This document shows, piece after piece, positions 51,189 to 62,844 of a stretch of DNA of 64,000 nucleotides (its first letter is position 1; every line of letters starts with the position of its first letter). The notes beneath the pieces were generated by a model. It saw nothing but the letters and a program-made list of their open reading frames with translations, had not been told where the DNA came from and made no database searches. Origin of the DNA: Azolla caroliniana (taxonomy: Eukaryota; Plantae; Polypodiophyta). The stretch is taken from contig JBHGNT010000017.1 in the NCBI GenBank assembly GCA_043228905.1, positions 14,632,001-14,696,000 on the forward strand, given 5' to 3'. The position numbers were made by a program, and so were the translations under genes.

Positions 51189-53991
51189 GTTGTGCCTTTC
51201 ATTGTGATGGTAGATCCCGAAGAATGTTCCACAACTCAGGACTTCGATGTGTGAAAGCATGATCAATACAATTACTTTGTAATTGGTGGATCACATTCAG
51301 CTAAAGCACGACGGCAACTTGTTAGAGAGCACCCAACTACTTTCTTCTTCAAGTATGCCGAATGCAAAATATACGTGGGCCTCACAACTAAAGAGGCAAA
51401 GCTTTTGGCATGGGACCACAACAACAACAACGACTATAGGCGAAAAATGTCATCTATTGAACGGATAAGGTTCTTCCACCATGAATACCTGGACGTCAAA
51501 CAAAAGTTTGGTGTGAAGCTACACCCCAGTGTACAATGTCAATGCCTTCATGAGGTCGACATTGTGGTGGATGATAATGTTAAGTCGGATGGTCTTCGGA
51601 AATATGAGTCTTGGTTTCAACTTGCCTTTAGAGACAGACAAGTATGGGACCTACAAGATCAAATCTTCTCAATGTGGGAGAATAAGGAGGTCAAGGGTCA
51701 ATGACAAAAGAAATGTAATGTAGACCCTCAACTAGAATTAAAGTCACAAGCGGCCAAGAAAATTGATTTGACAATTGAAGAAGCGGTAGACGACATGAAG
51801 TTGTCTCTATGGAGAGCGATGCAAGGTATTAAGGACGAGCAACTTCTTGTGTCAGTTTTGTCAGGGGTTGTGGCAAAAGAATTAAGCCTTGAAGAAATAG
51901 TCACTGAGTTCAATAAGTAAGTCTTTCAAATAGTGATATTGAATTCAATATGGTGCAATTGAAAGTTCTAATCTCGTTTTCTAATTTCACAGTCATAAGG
52001 TGTACATGAAGATCCAAGAAGTTATGATGAAACAACTTGGATGTATAACTTGGGAACAAGTGACCGAGGATTATCCTCTAACGTCTGATGAAACAACTTG
52101 GATGTATAACTTGGGAACAAGTGACCGAGGATTATCCTCTAACGTCTGCATATAAGGCATTATCCGAGTATTTTATTGCATTCAAGAATTGGGTTAGTAT
52201 TGGTGTTTGTCATTAAGTTTTCCTCATATGTAGAGGTTGTGTAATAATACTTGATGTCTTATTGCTTCTATTAGAAATCGTGTCGTGGCAAGAAACAAGA
52301 AGAAGTTAAGGATATACACGATTTCCCGACATCCTTCCTTGCACATCTCGAGAGAGCCAAAAAAGAAAAGGATCATCGCTTAGTCAAGGCGTACGAAATT
52401 GAGGAAGATGGCTCCTTCAAAAAATTTAACCACAAAAAGGACATTACTAGAGATCTTTACTACAATGTGATTTGCGGCGATGTCGTTGACATGCTCCAAA
52501 AAGTGCCAAAGGAGGAATATACGCTAATGATTGCTGATATTCCATACAGATTTCGAATGGTTGGGTCATCATACAACGATGAACCTTTTAGGTTCAAACA
52601 ATTAGAGTAGATGATCAAGGATTTTGCTGAGCTAACGACTGCATCCTTGTGGAGGATAGTTGTCTTTCATAGTATGGACCAAGGGTACTCGGTAGCTCAA
52701 GCTTTGAGATCTCGTTGCCATGGCATCGAGAACCTTGCATGGTAAGGATTATTTATAAGTCTCATTCACTATATTGCCTTTCTTAATATTTTTCAGTCTA
52801 TTCTTAACTCGATGCAATATTTACTATAGGATAAAAACCAATGTCAATAGGTGGACAACCTTTCGGTTCGTAAATGCCATTAAATACATTACGGTTGATT
52901 ACTTTGATGAAATAAAGAAACAAAGAATCAAGGAGCATTCTAATGAAGTCGAAGGTTCAAATCTGTTGGTATATGCAGTAGTGACACGAAATTGCGACAT
53001 GTCACCACAACAAAACGGGGACTTGTCAACCCATACCAAAAACCTCAACGACTTATGGTGCGCTTGATCGAGATATTTTCTGTAGAGGGAGGTTGGATAT
53101 TAGACCTCTTTTCTAGCACAAGTATTCCTCGAACTAGGTTAACGATCTTGAGATAACCAGTACTAATTCTTTTTTGTTTGAAAACTAATTCTTCTGTTGC
53201 TTTCTTCACAAGGACAATGTCTGCATGTGCATTGAAGCTCTTCAGAAACATAATAGCATTAGAGAAGGACGAGGAGCAAGTTATATTTATAAACATGAGG
53301 ATTAAGGCTTTGTGGGAGTGCCCAAACCAAGACGAGGAGGTCGGTGCAAAGAACCTCGTTGATACCGAAAGGTTTCAACCTGCTTCGCGAGAGCCTATTC
53401 CTCCATTAGCCAGGGAACCGGGGGAGCTAATAAAGCTTGATGATGAGCTTATAGAAGATATTACGTTGGCTCCGCTAATAGGGGTAGACAATGCATGTAT
53501 AGCCGAAGAGATTTCTATACAGGATGAAGAAGAAAATGACATTAACGATTTGCTTGCTATGTAATAGACTCTTTTAAAAACGCGAAATGTATTGTTTGGA
53601 ATTCACATTATTAATACAAATTTTGGGTTTTACTTGGTGGATTCTATTCTTTATAATCTTCTATATGTTTCAATTTTATTTCTATATACTTGGTTAGTAG
53701 ACTTATGACATTGGTTTCACCGCGTGCATTGTTGACTACCAATATGGAGAAACATGAATTAGTTTAAATTAAGGCTGATTTTGGTCAAACTTTACCTTAC
53801 CATAACATGGTCGTAGAATTGTTGCCATGACTGTCAATGTTGTTAATATGGATCTTGGTCTTCTATTGTTAAAACTATTATGTTTCTCTTCCATGGCTGC
53901 TTAGATTGTGTAGTGTGTTGATAATGTTTCCACTAGCGTTATCCGCATGTTTTTATACGCTTGTAGTTCCACTAGCGTTATCGTTCGGAGT

Positions 53992-54268
53992 TTGATCCCG
54001 TGTGAATCACCTAAGAAATAGATTAGATCAATTTTAAATACAAGTATTGAAAGCCTTAATAGGTTTGTTATTTCCATCACATTATCCTAAAGTTCACTGT
54101 CTTACATTGTCCACAATTATATACATATGGTTTGATCCCATACGAACAAACTAAGGAATAGATTAGATCAACTTTAAATACAAGTATTAAATACCTTAAT
54201 AAGTTTGTTATTCCAATCACATTATCCTAAAGTTCACTATCCTACATTGTCCACACTTATATACATAC
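53992..54268. repeat. ~139-bp tandem duplication in the 3' subterminal region
   Basis: tttgatccc...atagattagatcaa...cacattatcctaaagttcact...acattgtccaca occurs twice. Confidence 0.85.
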
Positions 54269-54640
54269 GAGTATGAGTCAAAGTATAAATTATAACTCAT
54301 TTTATTAGTATGGTTACAAGTACACCTCATATTTCTGTAAAAGTTACCAAAATAATATAAGTCTTTAACTTAGTGTTTGCCATGTCACACATTAGTGACA
54401 TATTGAGTCATTGTTGAACTTTATTATGCCTACACTAACTTATCAACACATCCAAACTTATTTGAATTTCTAATGATCTCCACTCGGAAACCTATCGTGT
54501 ATTTTTATATTTGCAAATTCTAATCAAGTTGTGGAACATGTGATACTACCAATTTTTGTAGAGAGGGTATATTTGGATATTTTCACGAAGATTCTACAAG
54601 TGGAATGTGCAATCCTTCCACTTGTGAATGCAAACGTGTT

Positions 54641-55312
54641 TACATTGTAGCTAATTAGCTGCTACACTATAGGTTGTAGTAGCTAATTAGCTACATCTTA
54701 GTTAATTAGCTACTTAAGTATGGTAGTAGCTAATTATCTACCACTCTTGATATTGCTTAGCTAATTAGCTACTAGACTATAGATTTGCAGTAGCTAATTA
54801 GCTACTTAAGTATGGTAGTAGCTCATTAGCTACCACTCTTCATACTACTTAGCTAATTAGCTACTAGACTATAGATTGGCAATAACTAATTAGTTATTCT
54901 ACTTAAGTATGATAGTAGCTAATTAGAAAAGTGGTAGCTAATTAGCTGTCATCCTATAGTGTAGTAGCTAATTAGCTACTAGACTATAGGTTGACAGTAG
55001 CTATTTAGCTACATCTTAGCTAATTAGCTATTCTTCTTAACTATAGAAGTAACTAATTAGCTATCACTTTTGATATTGCTTAGCTAATTAGCTATCACTT
55101 TTGATATTGCTTAGCTAATTAGCTACACTATAGCTAATTAGCTGCTAGACCATAGATTTCCAGTGGCTAATTAGCGATATCTTGGCTAATTAGCTAATAC
55201 CTAGGTTGTAGCTAATTAGCTACTACACTATTGAACCATAATAACTAAATAGCTACCAGACTTTATACGGCTTAGCTAATTGGCTAAGATGTAACTAATT
55301 AGCTACTACACT
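54641..55312. repeat. TAGCTAATTAGCTA minisatellite, right half of the split intron
   Basis: Same cores and linkers as 38405-39034. Confidence 0.9.
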
Positions 55313-56142
55313 ATAGAGACAAGCAACAATTTTACCTATCAGTTTTCTCCACTCATCTAGGAAAGTTGTATTGCAATCCCCCAAACAGACTGCAGCAATG
55401 TGACAGGCATATTGAAAACAAATGATATGGTATGTGTGTTGGCATGGTCGTAGGTGTATCAACAGAGTAGCAATTTTGTCCTCTACGCCTAAGCCGCAAG
55501 CGATGCAACGTGCTTGAACAGCCCATATATTGTTGCCTAGTTCTCCTTCATTTGGTAAGGGAGCAATAATGTTGAGGTCCAATTCTTGTCTGCTCTTTAC
55601 CATCCCCTCCACAAAATGTAGTTGTTTCTTAAGGCAGCTAACTACATGTTCTTAACTGGAGTATTGTTCCTAGAACGCAGCGGAGAAATTACCGATTTAT
55701 CATTCCTTAATGACGAAGATAGAACAACAAGCAACAAGAATCATTAACTTACTTCGAGGTTTTCCAAATTTTAATCAACGACAGTATTTACGCCTAAAAG
55801 GTCCAGGTTCATTGGAAGAGCCAAGATCTCTGTCTGCAATTGTATTTTCCGTTGGGGATCCAATGGCCCCTCAATTTCGAGCTCATGTTGAGCAACCTGT
55901 TCCAGATAATGCCTCACTAAGCACATTTTTATGTATAAGTTATTTATAACATGTTACATACTAGCAAAACAATAGCTACCTTAATCTTATTTCTAATTGT
56001 TGACTTTGCTCTCCATCGCAGCAGCCAATGTTGCTTTCTCTAAATCAGTCTTTGTTGCCTCTAATGTCTCACAGACTTCATGGACATTTTTCAGCATATA
56101 GCTAATCAGTGTCTCACCTATATTACAAGCGTGACCATATAA

Positions 56143-57310
56143 TATCCCGTGGTGAGAATTTACCATAGTATTCTATACACGTGGATAAGTGTGAGGGTTA
56201 AATGAGAGTGTAAAGAAGGGGAGGATTACTTTTAATCCTCGGGATTGAGACAACCCATTAGCCCAAGTGTGAACTTGCTTGGGGGCCTTTAAATATGAGT
56301 CTTAGCTACCCCTCATTTCATCATCTCTTGACTACGTTGAGACTCCGTTCTTGTGGTGGGTCAACTCTTGTAGCGAGCGCCCCAGCACCAGGTACGACTC
56401 GACGCCACGGCGGTGGTATGGGACGTCGATCGAGGCTCGAGTCCGTCTTGATCCCTTCACTTGGGGGTGGTCAGGTGGATCGGCACCCTTTTTTCTCTCT
56501 CTCTCCTTTCTTATTTCATATATGTTTTATCCTTATCATATGCTTACGTTAGATCATAGGCCTAGCTACCCTCATTTCATCATCTCTTGACTACATTGAG
56601 ACTCTGTTCTTGTGGTGGGTCAACTCTTGTAGGGAGACCCAAGGCCCCTAGGCAAGTTCACGCTTGACCTAATGGGTTGTCTCAATCCCAAGGATTAAAA
56701 GCAATCCTCCTCAAGCAAAAACCACACGACATCCACCGATATGTGTTAATTGCGGTGAGGTTCCTTTTTTGATTATTCTTTTTCAACCTCAATGGTGGAG
56801 GCTACATCGTCTAGGGCTTTGATTTCAAGATTTTGGGCCTCTCTTCTCTTAAATATCTTTATTCTCTTTCCTACAATTGGCAAAGCAACTGGTGTACCAT
56901 TCAGTTCTACTAAACGATATGTTGCATTATCTTCCACTTTCTTCACCACATATGGTCCAAACCATCGTTGTGAAAATTTTTGAGCTATACTATGTTGGTT
57001 GTCTAGGCTACTGTCGAAGACCAACACCCAATCTCCTTCAATGATTTTTCTCGGATGAAATCGATGTCGTGTACGCACACACGTCGTGTACGCATCTACG
57101 CGCGTGTCTGCACACACACGTCGTGTACGCGTCTACAGACACGCACGCCCCGATCGCCCTTACGTCGTGGCTGATCAAGCCATGACCCAAAACCATTTGA
57201 GTCATTCATCCACACAGTTTAGCTCAAGTCACCTTGAACATTCTATGTTTCACACATACATAAGACAACATTGGATCCGCATAGTATATAAGGAGAGCCA
57301 AAACCTATTA
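56143..57310 (-). mobile_element. Phygy-like gypsy fragments: 3' LTR (~56143-56731), integrase C-terminus (56773-57064), truncated second LTR (57065-57310)
   Basis: GDWVLVFDSSLDNQHS..KFSQRWFGPY; CACGACA|TCCACC junction at 56731; the left boundary is uncertain. Confidence 0.7.
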
Positions 57311-57367
57311 CTTTATGTCTATAAGTTATTTATAACATGTTACATACTAGCAAAACAATAGCTACCT

Positions 57368-60296
57368 TGTGAAATGTTACGTGCAGAAGTTATACGAAAC
57401 ACAGAATACTGATAGAGAAAAACAGGTTTAATGGAGAGCTTAAGACACAATGTACGCGGAAGAGACAGAGAGGAAAAACACACAGAAAAAACTAAATTCA
57501 AATAATGTGTAAAAAAACTCTATACATATTATGTGCTCATGGAGCACTTTTATACAAGTCCATATGGACTGATAGAAGTACTAACACATACTTCAATGCT
57601 CATAATTGAGCTCCTACACTAACTCCCAAATATATTCCCTCGCGGAATATCTATTCAACGGCCTCCCGGTTTCCACACCGATCCGGCCTCTTGTTGCATA
57701 TCGGTTTACGCACCGGTTTATGCACCGATCCGGCCAATGTTGAGCTTGTATCTCAACACTCCCCCTCAAGCTCAACTTGAGGCTCTTCCAGACCTTTGCT
57801 CCGGTTTCTCTTGACTTCACACCTCGCTCGCACTCCTCAACCCGTTCGATTCTGTGCGTCGTGACCCTTACGGTCGGTTTGTCTGCTCGTGCAACCTTTT
57901 CAAGCTCCCTTGTTGTCACGGTGTTGGAGCCTCTTCTGCTACCCTTTCTCCCGCTTGGCCTTCAATTTATTAGGCCTCTCCGAATCAAACATCTGAGCTG
58001 AATCGGCTACCTCCGATTTGTCTCCGCTTTTGTCTGAATTGGCTGTCTCCAATTCGTCCTCAATCATGGCCTTCTCGCCCTTGTTGGCTTCATCTCCCCC
58101 ATGTTTGGCTAGCTCCGGCTCTTTCTTTCTACTGTTGCCCTCTCGTCCGCTTCCGGATTCTTCCGCGGATCCGCCTTCGGCTTCTTCAACCGACACTAAA
58201 TCCAATTTGTCATCCAATTTGGTGTCGCAGTCACTTCCGCTCCTTTCCGTGGTCTTGCGAGACTTTTCTCCCCCTCAAGTTCGGCACGTCGAGGCACCGC
58301 AACCCATGCGCACCCGAGAATTGTCGTAACTTTCTAGACCAAGGGGTTTGGTGAAGATGTCAACATTCTGCCGATCCATAGGAACATACTGAAATTTGAC
58401 TTCACCAGATAGGACACACTCGCAGACAAGGTGGTAGTGCACCTCAATGTGCTTAGTCTAGGCGTGAAAGACGGGGTTCTTCGCAAGTTGGATGTTGCTG
58501 AGGTTGTCGCAGTAGATCGTCATCAGACCGAACACCTCCACCTACAGATCCTTAAGTAGCCGCTTCTGCCATATGGCTTACGATGCGACAGCCGCTCCTT
58601 GATACTCGCCCTCTATGCTCGACAGTGCAACTATCGGCTACTTCTTGCTATGCCATGCGATCACGGCGCTCCCAAGGGAGAATGAGAATCTGGATGTGGA
58701 TCGGCAATCGCTGACATTTTCGGCCCAGTCGGCGTCTATATAGCCGACTAGCTGCGTGGCAGTACCGGTCCTTAGTGCCAGTGACGTACCTGAGTACACG
58801 TTGCACGCATAGAAGGTGCTCCTCGGTTGGCCGCGCCATGTACTTACTAATCAAGCCGACCGGGTATCTGAGGTCCAGCCGGGTGATAGTCAAGTATATG
58901 AGGCTTTCAACAATCTATCAGAATCTTTTCAAGTCGCAAACCTTTCCGGAGTCGGAGCAAAGCTTCACAGTTCTATCAAGATTAGTTGAGATAGACTTAC
59001 AGTCTGCCATCCCGAACTTGAAGAGCATATTTAGCACGTAATGTCGTTGGTTGATCAGTATGCCTTCAGGGGTTCGGATCACTTCGATCCTGAGAAAGAA
59101 ATGAAGGTCCCCCAGGTCCTTCATATCAAATGATGCCGCAAGCTGGAGCTTTATGTGGTCAATTTCACCTAGGTCGATCCTAACGATGACCAAGTCATCA
59201 AGATAAAGTAAAATACTAACTGGCCCAAGTCGACCTTGCCAGACAAACAATGAAGAGTCTGATTTGGACGTCACAAATCCCGTACGACACAATCGTTGAG
59301 TGATCTTCACGTTCCAGGCACGTGGGGCTTGCTTTAGTCCGTAAAGGGACTTCTTCAACCAACATACCGCCGAAGTGTTCATTCCGAAGTGAAATCTGGG
59401 GGTTTGTACCATGTACACTTGTTCCTCAAGCTCACCTTGCAGGAACGCATTCTTTACATCCATCTTATGTAAGTGCCACCCCTTCGTTGCAACTATTGCA
59501 AGCAAAACACAAACGGTCTTCATCTTTGCAATCAGCACAAATGTCTCATCGTAATCCATGTCATGTTGTTGCGTGTAGCCTTTTGCTACTAACCGGGCCT
59601 TGTATCAGTTAACCTTGACCTAGTACACCCATCTACATCCAATCGGCTTTACACCCTTGAGGGCGTCAACCAGGTCCCAGGTTTCATTCTCCACAAGTGC
59701 GTTCATCTCTTCCTCCATGGCGACACACCAATTTGCGTCCTCTGCCGCTTCTACGTAGCTCTCTCGCTCACGCACTTCCGCTACACGTGTCATGTACGCA
59801 TAGTGATGCGTCATGTACTAGTTGTAGCCGAACGGCTCCACAGGGTTCTTCTGGTCGATAGATCGGCGTAAATGCTCAGTAGCCGATGTTGAGGCCATTC
59901 TAGCCGACGCGGGCTTCGCTCTTGAAGGCCCTTCATCGCTCTTCTCGGAGTCAGATTCGCATCGATCCGACTCGTCCCTATCCGTGCCATACTCCGGCAT
60001 CTTCTTCTTTCCCTTTTCTCTTGCGCATAAGCCGTCTCTTCAGCTTCCTGCGCGGGGAATGCACGACCAAGTCTCCACTACTCGCTTACTCTTCATCTGA
60101 TTGGTCAACCCGACTCAGTCGCTCATTCGGTCCACTTAGCCGAAATGAGATCGCTTCCCTACCTAGTCGTTGTTGCTTCCCTAGTTGGCAATCTTCACAA
60201 ATTTGGGCCTTTCAACCACTAAATTTCAGCAATCCGAACACAACTTGTTTCAATTCCAGGTCCTGAAGCCTTTGGTAGTTGACGTGGCCTATCCGC
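57368..60296 (-). mobile_element. Ty1/copia (Bryco-like), 3' half; integrase core deleted near 60150
   Basis: 3' LTR 57368-57758, PPT, RH and RT fragments; truncated by a gypsy LTR at 60297. Confidence 0.9.
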
Positions 60297-61560
60297 TATC
60301 GTGAAAAATCCCTCACTACGTGCAGATCGTGAGGCGGAACTGCCGGGGTCCTAGACCGGAATGATTCGAAGTTCGCACTAGTTTTAGCGAGAAAGTATTT
60401 AAGATAGATTAAGAGAGATTGATATGACAAAAGAGAGATATTGAGATAAATATTGAACTTTTAACTTTTAGATTTAATTAAGAGAGAAGATACATCAACA
60501 ATAGGATTACAAGTTTCTTATTTTTCCCAAATTTTTCATTAGTCCCATTTGCTTGATTCCTCCACTCTTTTATAGATGCCCCCATGCATATGTGCAAGTG
60601 AGGTGGCAAGACATGCACGTAATGCATGAAATGCATGCTTGCCATGTCATCATCTAAGCTCTCATGTATGAGAATTTACAAGTAAAAGTATAATGATACA
60701 AATATAGCTTTTAAGGAAATGACTTGGCTTAGTGGTAAGTATATTATTTCCTATCTTAGAGGTGCAAGGTTTAAGCCTTGCTCACATCCCTTTTAAAACA
60801 CAAAATACTACTAGGTTTTTGGTCTTGTATTTACACCAAAAATTGCACCGCGATCAACCAACTGATCCGTCTGTCCCGACTAGTTCAATCTGATCCCGAT
60901 CTGATCCTATCCGTCGCTGTCGAGTTGTCGTCTCGTCAGCTCCGTCTGGTCGTTGTCTGGTTCCGGTCGGCCAAAACCTTTACAAGTAGTTAAGCCACAC
61001 CCATTCATCCAATTAGTTTAGCTCAAGTCACCTTGAACATTCTATGATCCACTCATAGACACAAAGTAATAGATTTTGGCCCCACTTATATACTTTGGGA
61101 TCCTTATTTGTCCTGTTTATGTGGGATATCTCGTAGTTTTTTTTTTTCTCTTCTTCTTCGCAAACTTCATACCCACATAACTTGCCACTTAGTTGTCTAT
61201 TTCTTATGTGGTAAAGTGTATTTGAAAGCTCTTAAAGACCTCCATCTTTTTGTACCACGATATTAAACTAGTATAAAATAGTATCTTCACTATTATTGTT
61301 TTATGTTGTGTGTGAAGAACCACACTCGATTTTGTACATTCCATTCAATTTTCACACCGTTGGCAAAAATCTTTACGATATCCACCCCCACCAAACCGCA
61401 CATCCTCTAGTACGTGCCAAGAAGAGAGAGAGTGAGAATTCGGCTACAGTGATCAATCAGATTCCTCCATCAAGATGCCACGATGGTATTCATACACGAA
61501 GTGAGTCGTGCAAAGTTGTTGGCAGCTCAGATTCGACAACTTGAACGAAGACTAGAAGAC
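60297..61560 (-). mobile_element. Phygy-like 3' LTR (60297-61380) with PPT and a short internal stub
   Basis: Homologous to 28082-29280; decayed tRNA-like unit at 60725-60780 (TGGCTTAGTGG...GGTTTAAGCC). Confidence 0.85.
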
Positions 61561-62739
61561 GTCGAATGAACGAAGGAGCGGGTGAAAGAGGCGCAGATGA
61601 ATAACAAAGGACGGTTTGATCGGACACATCGATTAATGCCAGGGAAAATCGAGGAAGGCGACTTGGTGCTAGTCTACAACAGTAGACTTGACAACCAGCA
61701 CAGGTCAACTAGGAATTTTGCAAGACGGTGGTTCGGGCCATACGTGGTGACGAGCGACAATGACAATGTAACATACCACCTGACAGAGCTCGATGGAACG
61801 AAGATAGTGGTACTGGTTGCGGGGAAGTGTATAAAGGCCTTCAAGAAATGACAAAAACCGGAACCAAATCCGAAGGTGGAAGAAGAAGATGACGAGGCTG
61901 GGGAGCCGGACGTGGACCCGATCGACGCCGGCTCAGACGAGGATGAGTAGTAGTCGAACCAGAATCCCCACTATTTCACTTCTCGGCACATCCCAGAAGA
62001 TGTGCGGTTTGGTGGAGGTGGATGTCGTGAGGGATTCCAGGCATAGAGAGAATAGGGAGTCGATCACGTATGAACAAGAATTTCAGCCACAAGAAGGAGA
62101 ACTCGTCGGTCGCATGTGAACGCTTGGATGCAAGGAGGCACGGGAACTAGGCTTATGTATATATTAAGAACATTGTAAATAACATTGGACTAATAAGTAA
62201 TAGGAAGTATGATTTAGATGGGTACTTTAAAGTCCCACAAAAGAGAGGAATGAAACGTGTGTAGGGAGGAAAATGAGGGGAGAATCTTTGACAAAATCGG
62301 TTGATGTAACGCTGATCCTCCTCTCCTTGGATCTATAGAAGGAAAGGAGAGAGACAATTAGACGGATCCATCGGTTTGGACGACAAAGCATTGTCAGATT
62401 GAGCTCTACAGGTTTCCAGTTTTTTGCTCTGTTTATTCGTTAGGTGTCGGTAAGGCCTCTACTTGCACAAGAAGCCCGTGTGCTCCCGACCCGAGGCTCA
62501 TCAGCTAGGTGTGCATGTGTGGGAAGAGCTTGAAGCTCTATTGCCAGTCCAGTCAAGTTGTATTTTCTGTGTTTTACTCTATCTGAGTCTCTCTCTACGT
62601 TTGAGTCCACGTTTGCATTTTTGTTTCTGTTCAGTATGCACATCTACCTGAGTTTCCAAGCCCGTGTGCTCATCTCCAGATAGTATATCGTTGAGGGCAT
62701 GTGTGCCCATGAGGCATCTAGTAACCAAACCAGTCAATA

Positions 62740-62774
<35 letters not shown>

Positions 62775-62844
62775 ACTCACTCCTTGGTTCAAGACCCCAG
62801 TGGTCCCATCCTGATCCAAGACGTACTCGTCGATTCTCGCGACA
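61560..62844 (+). mobile_element. Phygy-like gypsy 3' end: integrase C-terminus, PPT, LTR 62023-62844
   Basis: GDLVLVYNSRLDNQH...RRWFGPY; PPT ggtggaggtgga; TGTCGTGAG...CTCGCGACA ends. Confidence 0.85.

Larger units (their letters stand above)
43679..53564 (+). pseudogene. Six-exon ParB-like domain + beta-class (N6_N4_Mtase-type) DNA methyltransferase fusion, decayed
   Basis: Exons 43679-43713, 44633-51916 (split by a copia and a duplication), 51993-52192, 52275-52741, 52830-53121, 53212-53564, with phase-compatible GT-AG introns (last acceptor decayed). ParB-like YFVIGGSH..ARRQL and GLTTKEAKLLAWDHN. MTase: ICGD, MIADIPY, WIKTN, NPYQKPQRLMVRLIEIFS.EGGWILDLFS(G)T(G)T, ALKLFRNIIALEKD. Confidence 0.85.
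39035..54640. mobile_element. Large Sola1-like TIR DNA transposon carrying a ParB-methyltransferase cargo gene
   Basis: TIRs AACATGTTCGCATTCACAAGTGGAAGGAT (39035) and ATCCTTCCACTTGTGAATGCAAACGTGTT (to 54640); 4-bp TSD TACA (39031-39034, 54641-54644); the same minisatellite resumes on both sides. Confidence 0.9.
36627..56100 (-). pseudogene. Multi-exon second gene of the Sola2-like element, with a RING-H2-like finger and an unknown C-terminal domain
   Basis: CIAC-x17-CQHTYHIIC-x9-CLGDC at ~55370-55510; donor near 55335; array-filled intron split by 39035-54640; acceptor near 38392; further coding remnants down to 36627. Exon chain only partly resolved. Confidence 0.6.

Noticed and set aside
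52275-53564. Bacterial or phage contamination as the source of the MTase
   Set aside because: The gene has GT-AG introns, shows the same transition-type decay as its neighbours, and contains a plant copia insertion.
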